Source of the DNA: Verrucomicrobiales bacterium
GTDB taxonomy: Bacteria; Verrucomicrobiota; Verrucomicrobiia; Limisphaerales; JAFMIX01
DNA length: 42,846 nt
Reading direction: 5' to 3'
Assembly: GCA_031371425.1 (NCBI GenBank)
Contig: JANMJO010000221.1
Location: 1 to 42,846 of the forward strand
The notes under the pieces were generated by a model. It made no database searches, had not been told where the DNA came from, and saw nothing but the letters and a program-made list of their open reading frames with translations. Positions 16,909 through 25,684 of the stretch are shown piece by piece (positions within the stretch are counted from its first letter, which is position 1; each line of letters opens with the position of its first letter). The translations under genes and the position numbers were made by a program.

Positions 16909-19900
16909 TCAAGGTTTCAGACGGTAATAGCCCGTGCCACTTCCCGGGGGCGTGCTGTCCGTATAGGTGATGTGCCCATAAGGCTGCGTGTTCGCGTCAT
17001 TGGCGGCCACCGTGGGCGTCAGGTCGGTCCATACCGCCAAGTCTGTGGAGCGTTGCACGGTATACGTCGTACCCGGCACACCCCAGAAACCCAGATTCAC
17101 CGACCCACCGCTGAAGCTGATGCTCGGCGTCTGCTGGTTCACCACCGCTGATACGGTCACATTCACTGTGCCCACTGCCGTGCCGCCCTTGCCGTCACTC
17201 ACCGTGAAGGTGAAGCTGTCCGCGCCCACGGTGCTGCTGATGAAGGTGACATTGGTGGCGTTGGCGATTGCAACCGTGCCGCCATTGCCGCCCTGGGTGA
17301 CGGCGCTAACCGTCAGCGTGTCGCCGTTGGCGTCTGTCGGGGCGAATTTGCCGCCGACAATCGTGAGGGTTTGCAGCACGCCGCTCTGCGCGCCGAGCGC
17401 GATGGGGGTGACCACCACGGGATACGCATTTACAACCAAGTCCACATGACCAGCCGCGCCGGTGGTGACTTGAATGTATGCGTTCTTGTTCGCACCCAAG
17501 GCAGTGCCGGTGATGGTGGGAGTGGCGAATGTTCCGCTGTTAGCCAGAGTGCCGGTGCAATCCAGCAGGCGATACGTGCCGGCTGCGAGTGCCGAACCGG
17601 TGATGTTCAGGGTGATGGCATTCGCGTTCAGGTTCAGGGCACCCGCCACGCTGATCTTGCCCACTGTGACGGCTGTGCCGTCCGCCTTGAAGGTCAGCAG
17701 CGCGCCGGAATCAAGCGTCACCGACTTGCCGGTGGCATCAATGTTCGCAGTGCCGGAAAGGCTGACGGCCGCCAGCGTCTGAATCGTTCCGCTGCCCGTG
17801 ATGTTGTAGCCGGACGGCGTGATGCCTGATACATCAAAGGTGGCGCCGTCGGCGATGCTGATGCGTGGGGTATTCGCAATTGAACCAGAACCGGTCAAAG
17901 CCAGCTTGCCGGCGTTGACTGTCGTGTTACCCGAATAGGTATTAACGCCAGTCAAAGTCTGTGTGGCACTGCCGGTTTTTGTAATTTCGACCCGCTTGTT
18001 ATTGATTGTGTCGCCATCCTGAATGACCCCCGTAAAGGTCGCATCCGTTCCGCGTGCGCCAATCGTGTAACCCAGACCAATGCCCGAACTTCCAGAGGTC
18101 CCCATGGAGAGAGTGCCAGAACCCGAGACCGCTCCAAGTGACCAACCGCCGCCGTTGCGCGATGTCACGCTACCGAGGACATTAAACAGCGCGTTATCAC
18201 TGCCGTTAACCCAAGTGGTGGTGCTGCTTCGATCCACCATGGATGAGCCTGCACTGACCACTACCGTTCCGGAAAAGTTTTGGAGCTGTTTGGTAATCGC
18301 ATTCAGGTTCACGTTCTGTCCACCGCCATTGTCAAGCGTCAGGGTCTGATCTGCGCTGCCCGTGAAGGTGCTGCTGATGCCACCGCTGGCGTTCGCGTTC
18401 TGAATGGTGACATTGGCACTCGCACCAACCACTGTGATTGGGGCGGCAAGGGTGCCGCCGCCAACTCCTGTCCCGGCCAGATTTGTTGTGCCGTTTTCTG
18501 AGTAAATGCCGCTACCACCGGCAGCGCCGTTGTTGAAGTTGATCTTTCCTTCCTTGTTGGTGATGCCAGTGAAGGTATTGACGCCCGACAAGGTAAGAGT
18601 GCCGGCACTGCCGGTCTTAATCACAATGCCCGAGGCAATCGCGTTGTTGATGGTCATATTGGCCCCGGTAGCTGGCGACCACCAATTCCGGGTAGCCAAA
18701 GTCATTCCGCCTGCACCAACGGTAACCGTCCCGGAGAGCACTGTGGTATTGCCGTTGTTGCCGCTGATCTTGCCGCCGTCCACCGTGACGTTGTTTGCGA
18801 AGGTCACGCTATCCACGGCCAGTTCGCCGTTGGCGTTCACCGTCACCGCGCTGCTGCCCAGCGCCGTCGCGACTCCAGCCTCGGTGACCGCGCCGTTGAC
18901 AAAGATGGGGCCGCTCAAGCCGGTGTTCGCTTGTTGAATCCACATGCTGCCGCCGGCGATGCCACCGCCCACGCCGGTATTCGTAAGCGTGCCGCTGCCC
19001 GTGAGCAGGTTGGCCGTGCCCAACTGAAGTTGCTTGTCGCCCAAATCAATCGTGCCACCCGCCGCGCCCACGGTGATGACGTGCGTGTCAACAACCGTCC
19101 CGGCGGCAACCATCGCCAGAGTGCCGCCTTGCAAGGCAACCCCGGACGCCGATGCGCCGAGATTGTTGTCTGCTGCAAACTGAACCGTGCCGTTGCTGAT
19201 AGTCGTGCCGCCCGTGAAGGTGTTCGCGCCGGAAAGATTCAATTTGCCGTTCCCCGTCTTGGTCAGGCCGGACGACCCGGCAACCACAGCCGCGATGGCC
19301 GCACTCTTGCCAGTGCCGAGCGTGTTCACGGTGATGGTGGGCGAGCTGCCCGCCAGGGTGAGCGTGTTCGCGGGCGTGGCATTGTTGGAGATCGTCAAGC
19401 TGGCGGCCGTGCCGGTATCGGTGTCACCGAAGACGAGATTGCCGATGGTCCGGGCGGAATCCAAATTAACCGTGGCATCCGCCGTGAAATCAAGCTGGCT
19501 GAAGTCGCCGGTTACGCCACTGCCAGCGGCGATGACGTTGTTCAACCAATTCGCCGTCGTGCCCCAGAAACCACCCGCCGGATTATTCCACGCGGTGGTG
19601 GCGAAGATTGACGCCGTCAGACCGGTCGGCTGTGTCAGCGTGTAATTTCCAGCGCCAGCGCCACCGAGGGTGGAAGTGGAAGTCACCGCGTAGGGCCCAC
19701 CGACTGCGGAACTGGCAAAAGTCCCCGTGCCGATCAAGGTGACGGTATCTCCGTTTGTCACGCCGTTGAGCGTGCCGGTGATGACGGCAGCGACGGTGCC
19801 GTCAAAGAGTTTGTTTTGCGCGGCAGCGCTGGCCACGGTCAGGGCTTTGGCCGTGACGGTGTTTCCGCTCGCCGTGGTTGCGACGAGAACCGTCGGGACT

Positions 19901-22062
19901 CCGAAGCTGGTCAGAATAATATTCGCGGAATTGTAATTGGCGGAAGCCGGGGCATTGGTCGTGAAGCGGACATACAATGTTCCGCTCGCAGTGCCGCCGG
20001 ACTGGGTGAATGTGGCGGTGGTGCCAAAGGCCGAACCGTCGCTGGAGACTTCCAGCGCGCTGTTGGTGCTCGTGGCAGTGATGTCCGCAGTAAGTCCCGA
20101 ACCTGACACCGCAACACTCTGCGAGCTTGAGGCCGCGCCATAGGTGGTGCTGACCGCCGACGGGAATGTGGCCGGGGCGCTAATGCTGCTCGAAGCATTT
20201 GCCCATTGCGCATACAGCGTGGTATTGGCAGCGATGGAGAACGTGCTGCTGACGAGACGATGTGTGCCGAGGCCATCAGCCTGCGTGTTCCAGCCGTCAA
20301 AAGTAAACCCGCTCTTGGTCAGACTCCCCGTGTTATCCAATACCGTCACCGACGCGCCGGGATTGTAAGGATTGTTGCTGTCGGTTGGCACAGTGCCGCC
20401 AGTATTGCCATTGCCATCATAGGTCACACTGTAGGTTGAACCAATCTGCACACTGACCGACGTGTCGGTGGCAACAAGATTCAGCAGGTAGGTCGTTCCG
20501 CCCAGTGTGATCCGCTTCGAGGTGCCACCGCCGGTGAACTGCCAGGTCGGAGCGCCGGTCGTCAACCCCGAGGCAGCGGTGATGATATTGAAAGAGTTGC
20601 CGGAAGTGAGGGTGGTCAGAAGATTGGTGACCAGCGTGACGTTGACGGTGCCGCTCACGGAAGCCGCCTTGGTGACCGCGAGCAAGTCAGCGCCCGCATC
20701 AACGAGGTCGAATTTCAAAGTCGCTCCGGTAGCAATGGTCAATCCAGCGGTCGCAAAGCTGACCTGCTGTTGGAGGTTGAAGGCGCTCTTTGCGCCATCC
20801 GTCATGTCAAAGGTCTGAGCCCCCAGATTCAAGGTCGCCCCTGCCGTGCCGGCGATGGTATCGCCCGCGTTGATGGTGGTGGTGCTGCCCGGCTGGACGG
20901 CAAAAGTGGCGGTGCCGCTGAACGAAACAGCCGTGTTGCTTAACGAACCACCCGTGAGCTTCAAGATGCCGGCGTTGATGACGGTTGTGCCGGTGTAGAG
21001 ATTGACACCGGAAAGCGTCAAGGTGCTCGCGCCGTCTTTGATGATGTTGCCGGAAGTAGCGGTGCTGCCGTTGACAATGGCTCCGGAAACCGTGGTGTTC
21101 CCGGTCCCGTTGATGGTCAACGTGCGGGCCGTTCCGGATTCAGAGAGAGCAATGCCGCCCGTGCCGAAGGTGGTCAGGCCGGCGTTGTTCACCGTCAAGG
21201 TGCGGTTGCCGGCTGAGTTGAGCAAGTTGCCGTTAACCGTCAGGTTCTGCGAGCCGGCGATTGTTGCGTTGCCGGTGGTGACAGCAGCCAAAGTGATGGC
21301 GCTGGAAATCGTGCGCGCGCCAGTCGTGGCCGCCAGTGTCGGCGTGGTGGAACTTGTGCCACCGAGCGTCAGCGTGACCCCGTTGAGCGCCGCGTCATTA
21401 CCGATGTTTATCGTGCCGTTGATGATTTGCTTGGAGCTGGTGCCGCCCCAGCCGCCCGCGCCGTTCATGGTGACGTTCGCGCCGCCAGTGACGCTGAAAC
21501 CCATCGCAACGCCACCGCCAGCAGCCGCGTTGAAAATGATGTTGCCAGGGCCCGTCATGGTAATTGTCTTGTTGTTGCCCTGATTACTAAACTGTGCGGT
21601 GAAGGTAAGGGTTCGTCCCGACGCAACAGTCAAGCCACCGAAGTTTGCGGATGCCCAGCGGATAAATGCGGCACTACTGCTGCCAAGGGTCAAATCTGCG
21701 CTGGCGGCGGACATATCAACCCCACCGTTGCTAAGAGACCAGGTGCCAGAAGATAGGGTGAGGGCCACATTGCCACCAATAGTAGTGACCTGAACGGAGC
21801 CTCCTAGAAAGGCGTTGGGGGCAGCCACGCTGAGAGGTGCGGTGATTGTGCTGTCGAACAACATGACGTCGGTGGTGGCTGGCAGCACACCACCAACCCA
21901 AGACGAGGCGGTGGCCAGCGCGGTCGTGTTGTTGGCCTTGGTGATGATTGCCGCCTGAACATTCAGCGCTGCAAACGGCCCGAAGAACATCGCAGCCAGC
22001 AGCAGCGAGAGGGTGATGAATCGTGAAAACATACGTTTTGATTGTGGTTGAGTTGAGTTCAT
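16909..22062 (-). CDS. Giant (1,717 aa) secreted autotransporter-associated beta-strand repeat (PATR) protein with Flg_new, YDG and cadherin-like modules
   Basis: Signal peptide present. Repeated PATR motifs such as KDGASTLTLSGVNLYTGTTVINAGILKL, KTGNGKLNLSGANTFTGGTTISNGTVQF and KTGSATQTLTGVNTYSGNTTVNAGKLAL. Listeria-Bacteroides repeat YSVTYDGNGNTGG...FTFDGWNTQADG...TLYAQW at aa ~543-621 (nt ~20200-20436). YDG-type KALTV...LFDGT.... Cadherin-like ...FTFTVSDGKGGTAVGTVNVTV. Ends in YYRLKP. No autotransporter barrel recognised. Confidence 0.9.
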   Translation of the reverse strand: MNSTQPQSKRMFSRFITLSLLLAAMFFGPFAALNVQAAIITKANNTTALATASSWVGGVLPATTDVMLFDSTITAPLSVAAPNAFLGGSVQVTTIGGNVALTLSSGTWSLSNGGVDMSAASADLTLGSSSAAFIRWASANFGGLTVASGRTLTFTAQFSNQGNNKTITMTGPGNIIFNAAAGGGVAMGFSVTGGANVTMNGAGGWGGTSSKQIINGTINIGNDAALNGVTLTLGGTSSTTPTLAATTGARTISSAITLAAVTTGNATIAGSQNLTVNGNLLNSAGNRTLTVNNAGLTTFGTGGIALSESGTARTLTINGTGNTTVSGAIVNGSTATSGNIIKDGASTLTLSGVNLYTGTTVINAGILKLTGGSLSNTAVSFSGTATFAVQPGSTTTINAGDTIAGTAGATLNLGAQTFDMTDGAKSAFNLQQQVSFATAGLTIATGATLKFDLVDAGADLLAVTKAASVSGTVNVTLVTNLLTTLTSGNSFNIITAASGLTTGAPTWQFTGGGTSKRITLGGTTYLLNLVATDTSVSVQIGSTYSVTYDGNGNTGGTVPTDSNNPYNPGASVTVLDNTGSLTKSGFTFDGWNTQADGLGTHRLVSSTFSIAANTTLYAQWANASSSISAPATFPSAVSTTYGAASSSQSVAVSGSGLTADITATSTNSALEVSSDGSAFGTTATFTQSGGTASGTLYVRFTTNAPASANYNSANIILTSFGVPTVLVATTASGNTVTAKALTVASAAAQNKLFDGTVAAVITGTLNGVTNGDTVTLIGTGTFASSAVGGPYAVTSTSTLGGAGAGNYTLTQPTGLTASIFATTAWNNPAGGFWGTTANWLNNVIAAGSGVTGDFSQLDFTADATVNLDSARTIGNLVFGDTDTGTAASLTISNNATPANTLTLAGSSPTITVNTLGTGKSAAIAAVVAGSSGLTKTGNGKLNLSGANTFTGGTTISNGTVQFAADNNLGASASGVALQGGTLAMVAAGTVVDTHVITVGAAGGTIDLGDKQLQLGTANLLTGSGTLTNTGVGGGIAGGSMWIQQANTGLSGPIFVNGAVTEAGVATALGSSAVTVNANGELAVDSVTFANNVTVDGGKISGNNGNTTVLSGTVTVGAGGMTLATRNWWSPATGANMTINNAIASGIVIKTGSAGTLTLSGVNTFTGITNKEGKINFNNGAAGGSGIYSENGTTNLAGTGVGGGTLAAPITVVGASANVTIQNANASGGISSTFTGSADQTLTLDNGGGQNVNLNAITKQLQNFSGTVVVSAGSSMVDRSSTTTWVNGSDNALFNVLGSVTSRNGGGWSLGAVSGSGTLSMGTSGSSGIGLGYTIGARGTDATFTGVIQDGDTINNKRVEITKTGSATQTLTGVNTYSGNTTVNAGKLALTGSGSIANTPRISIADGATFDVSGITPSGYNITGSGTIQTLAAVSLSGTANIDATGKSVTLDSGALLTFKADGTAVTVGKISVAGALNLNANAITLNITGSALAAGTYRLLDCTGTLANSGTFATPTITGTALGANKNAYIQVTTGAAGHVDLVVNAYPVVVTPIALGAQSGVLQTLTIVGGKFAPTDANGDTLTVSAVTQGGNGGTVAIANATNVTFISSTVGADSFTFTVSDGKGGTAVGTVNVTVSAVVNQQTPSISFSGGSVNLGFWGVPGTTYTVQRSTDLAVWTDLTPTVAANDANTQPYGHITYTDSTPPGSGTGYYRLKP

Positions 22063-22458
22063 AGGGTTCGGGCTTAGGATTTTTTGCTTCTAATGAATCA
22101 GCCCGGACTGCGGCATCGCTTTGCAACATTGCGCGCGGGGACGGGTTTGATTGGATGCACTATCGCAGCAGCACGCTAGATTCATATCGCCATTAATGGT
22201 GATATTTGGAAGAAATCCTGAACCGCTGCGGAAGCCGTAATAGGAGGGGTTCGGAGACTGTCTCCGGCGGGAGAAGATGCAACACACTGAACCGCAACCC
22301 GACGTCACCGTGCGCGGGAATCGTCTAGCTCCAGCGGCAGGCAATCATGCTTCACGGCTTGCGCCCAAGTGTGGGCATGGGAGTGGGACTGGCTTGCCAA
22401 CGCGACTGATAAATCCTGGTGGCAACGGATTTGAATCCGGCAAAGGTGTCACTTGGGG

Positions 22459-23454
22459 TCAGGGCGTGACGCGGGTTTGGAGGGCGGATTCTCTGCCGGC
22501 TTGAAAGGCTGCGAGGTTGTCTTTGGTGATCGGCCGCGAGGGGATGAGAATTTTTCCGGCGGCCAACTGCGTTTTGTCGCCTTGCAGATATTTGCCCATG
22601 CGGACGATGGCTTGCCGGCCAAACTCGATGGGGGACTGGACAATCGTGCCGTAAATGTCGCCGGCAGCAATCCCGGCGAGCGTGTTGGTGTCTTCATCAA
22701 AGCAAACAATCTTCACCTGCCCCGCCTTGCCCGCACCGCGCACGGCGGCGAGGATGGCCGGCCCGTCGTAGCTGTAGAGACCGACCATGCCCGCTAGGTC
22801 GGGATATTTCGCCAGCGACTCCTGCGCGTTTTTCTGGGCAACGGCGCTCTGTTTGCCATCCGCCAGCGTGTCTATGATCTGAAGGTTCGACCCGGCCAAG
22901 GCGTCTTGAAGACCTTGAATCCGGTCTTTCGCATTTTGCGCATTCGGATGGCCGACGAATAAAATAATTTTGCCACCTTGGGGCAGCGCGGCCTTGAGCA
23001 GTTCCGCCGCTTGCATTCCGGCAGCCGCGTTGTCCGTGCCGATGTAGCAGGTGCGCCGGCTTTTTGCAGCGTCGCTGTCCGCACAGACCAAAAGCGTTTT
23101 GGCGGCGGTCTGGTTCAGAAACTCCGTCTGGGTTTCGCCGTCAACCGGGCTGATGGCGATGCCGTCCACGCCGGCAGCGATGAGGTCGCTCATGATTTCC
23201 TGCTGCGCCACCGCAGTCGAATTAGCATCGGCGGGAGCGCGAAAAACCACATCCACGTCCCCCAGTTGCCGCGCGCCGAAGTCGCAACCCAATTGGACAA
23301 TGGACCAGAATTCGTTCTTGGGACCGTTGCAGATGAAAGCCAGCCGTAGTTTTTTTTGCGCGGCGGCGTCCACGGCCACGGTATTTTTCTTGTCGCAACC
23401 CTGGAACAGCGCGGCCACGCACAGGGCCAGGATAAGAAGGGATGTTTTTTTCAT
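22459..23454 (-). CDS. Periplasmic sugar-binding protein (RbsB/Peripla_BP_4-like ABC substrate-binding protein), solitary
   Basis: 331 aa with a signal peptide ending LFQGC. Typical family layout (LRLAFICNGPKNEFW..., GVDGIAISPVD, IGTDNAAAG, IVCFDED). No permease or ATPase gene on either side. Confidence 0.85.
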   Translation of the reverse strand: MKKTSLLILALCVAALFQGCDKKNTVAVDAAAQKKLRLAFICNGPKNEFWSIVQLGCDFGARQLGDVDVVFRAPADANSTAVAQQEIMSDLIAAGVDGIAISPVDGETQTEFLNQTAAKTLLVCADSDAAKSRRTCYIGTDNAAAGMQAAELLKAALPQGGKIILFVGHPNAQNAKDRIQGLQDALAGSNLQIIDTLADGKQSAVAQKNAQESLAKYPDLAGMVGLYSYDGPAILAAVRGAGKAGQVKIVCFDEDTNTLAGIAAGDIYGTIVQSPIEFGRQAIVRMGKYLQGDKTQLAAGKILIPSRPITKDNLAAFQAGRESALQTRVTP

Positions 23455-23684
23455 GATTAATTTGAAGAATTGTTTTTGTTGGACGCCGCGCTCCCATTCC
23501 CATGCCGGAAAGTATTCCTGTCACCGTCGCCACGGAACAAACCGCATCACTGAAACACTATCTGACCGCTGCCGCCAAAACGGTTTTCAACTTTCTTCGC
23601 CGAGCGGAGCTTGATGGTTGAATCATATCCCACGCATTTGTGTTTTGATATAACCATAAATGGCTAGACGCTGAAACCCCCGCC

Positions 23685-25679
23685 TCACCGCGCGCCGGAA
23701 TCATCCAGCTCCAGCCGCAAACAGTCATACATCACACCCTGCGACCAACTGTGAGCGTGGGACAGAAGCTCGATGACGTTCGCGCCGGGCTTGAGCAGAC
23801 GCGCGTTGAAGGTGATGTCCTTTTCAATCCAGTAGGCGCGGATGCCGTCGCGCTGCATCGCGCTGGTGGCCGGCAGCGTGCCGGTCTCGCCCACGGACTT
23901 GCTGTTGACGAACACCTCCACGTTGCAGCCCTGGTGCGTGCCGCAGAACGCCAGCCGCAACACACCCCGCCCGAGCGATTCGCCCGGCATTTGAAACCGC
24001 ACCTTCCACGTCGTGCTGCGGACGTTTCCTCCGTGTGTGCGCGCCAACGCCGCCGCCGCGTCCTCGCGCTGCTCATCATCCTCGCTCGCCATCGCCACGT
24101 TGCGGCTCTCGATGCGCGGAGGCTGCACATAATTCCAATCCTTCCGCCAATCGCTTTTGCCCACGACAAAATCCACGTCGTTCGGGAACTCCCTCGGGTA
24201 ATCGAAATACAACCCCCAGTGCCAGTAATTATCCCCGTGCCGAAACTCCCGCGCTGTGCGGTCAGGCACGCCAATCTCCCACACCGTGCGACCGAAGCGC
24301 GGCGGCGTCCACGCCAGCTCGCCCAACTCCAGCGGTTGGCCGGCGGCGACGGTGATGTTCGCGAGCGCGAATTCCCCCAACACACCGTCCGCGATGGCGT
24401 GCAGCGTGTAACTGCCGGCGCGCACGTTCGGAATGGTGAACCTCCCCTGCCCGTCCGCGCGCGTCCAGAACTGGTAGAACTTCGCGTCCCGCTGCCAATC
24501 CACCACCGGCGGCGTCGCGAAACGGCTCGAACTTCGTGCGACATAATCCGGCGCGGTCACGCCCACCCACACGTTGCTCATCCGCAAATCCGGCGCAAGC
24601 GGATCTCGCAACACCAGCCGCCCGCTCACCGTGCCGCGCTGCGCTGCGGACGGATAATTTTTATCCGCCGCCCACGCGTAAGGCCACGCCGCTGTTTCCT
24701 TCGCCGACTGCGCCAGCGCGTCCTGCCACATGGACTCTTGCGTTGGAGCAGAGTTGCAATAAATCAGGAACGGCCCCACCACCTTCGTCCACGCCTCCCC
24801 CGGCGCGGCGTAAATCGTCGTGCCGCCATAATGGCTGCCCACCCACATGTTCAAGAGCGTCGGCAGCCCGCCCGGATTCACATCGAGATGCCCGGTCAAC
24901 TCCGCCTTCGTCGGCCCGCCGCCGAGATATTCCATGCTCGGGTTCACGATCCAAAGCCCCACGTTCTTCTTCGTGCTCGACCAGCCGTAGGCCGGCGTCT
25001 CGGCGAGCACTGCCGAGTAATCGTATTTGTGTTCCGCCTCGCCCTTGTGCACGCCCGTCGTCATCCGCCGCGCCTCCTTCAGGTTCAATGGCGCGCCATG
25101 TTCCCAATCGTAACCGCTCGGCATCACGCGACGACGATTGGCATCCACCGTCAGGTAATCGAAGACCGCCGGATTCAACTTCAGGCAATACCGCGCCTCA
25201 CCCACCCCAAAACCCGGGTAACCCGGCTTGTGCTCCAGCACCGCGCTAACGTAAAGACACTGCTCGCCACGACCGAGCGAGTAGCGGTATTCCGCGTCCA
25301 CGCTGGCATCGGGGGATTTTGGATTATTAAACAGACGACAGGAAATTTCTGCGCGCGCACCCCCATTCGTGGCGGGATGAATCCGCACCGCCGCGCTGCG
25401 CAGGCCTCCAATTTTGCCGCGCCCAACGGACGACCAATAGCCGCCTTCCCCACCGCCGTGGCCCAGCGCGAGCATTTCCATGCCTTGATATTTCAACGAA
25501 GCGAGCGTGCCGGTTTTCTTGTCAATTCGGGCCACGAGAAAACCATTCGCCAATCCGAACGTGCTGGCGTCTTCCGACACCGTCACCGGCGCATCCGCCG
25601 GCAAACCCGCCGCGACCACGCCCGTCTCCAACAGCGCGACCACAAGCAACCCCGCCATACAAAGAAATCTGGTGTTCAT
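23685..25679 (-). CDS. Rhamnogalacturonan lyase, polysaccharide lyase family 4-like
   Basis: Start at MNTRFLCMAG (ATG 25679), with a signal peptide. The N-terminal domain ...FGLANGFLVARIDKKTGTLASLKYQGMEML matches the RhgB_N pattern. The middle segment KFYQFWTRADGQGRFTIPNVRAGSYTLHAIADGVLGEF is very similar to plant and fungal PL4 lyases. Confidence 0.8.
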   Translation of the reverse strand: MNTRFLCMAGLLVVALLETGVVAAGLPADAPVTVSEDASTFGLANGFLVARIDKKTGTLASLKYQGMEMLALGHGGGEGGYWSSVGRGKIGGLRSAAVRIHPATNGGARAEISCRLFNNPKSPDASVDAEYRYSLGRGEQCLYVSAVLEHKPGYPGFGVGEARYCLKLNPAVFDYLTVDANRRRVMPSGYDWEHGAPLNLKEARRMTTGVHKGEAEHKYDYSAVLAETPAYGWSSTKKNVGLWIVNPSMEYLGGGPTKAELTGHLDVNPGGLPTLLNMWVGSHYGGTTIYAAPGEAWTKVVGPFLIYCNSAPTQESMWQDALAQSAKETAAWPYAWAADKNYPSAAQRGTVSGRLVLRDPLAPDLRMSNVWVGVTAPDYVARSSSRFATPPVVDWQRDAKFYQFWTRADGQGRFTIPNVRAGSYTLHAIADGVLGEFALANITVAAGQPLELGELAWTPPRFGRTVWEIGVPDRTAREFRHGDNYWHWGLYFDYPREFPNDVDFVVGKSDWRKDWNYVQPPRIESRNVAMASEDDEQREDAAAALARTHGGNVRSTTWKVRFQMPGESLGRGVLRLAFCGTHQGCNVEVFVNSKSVGETGTLPATSAMQRDGIRAYWIEKDITFNARLLKPGANVIELLSHAHSWSQGVMYDCLRLELDDSGAR

Positions 25680-25684
25680 AAAAT

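Noticed and set aside
22063-22458. 396-nt leader upstream of the giant adhesin gene, examined for a riboswitch or sRNA (it contains the palindrome cggagactgtctccg at ~22252-22266)
   Set aside because: I could not recognise any conserved riboswitch core (cobalamin, TPP, SAM or c-di-GMP boxes). The palindrome has effectively no loop. Covariance-model scanning is needed before any claim.
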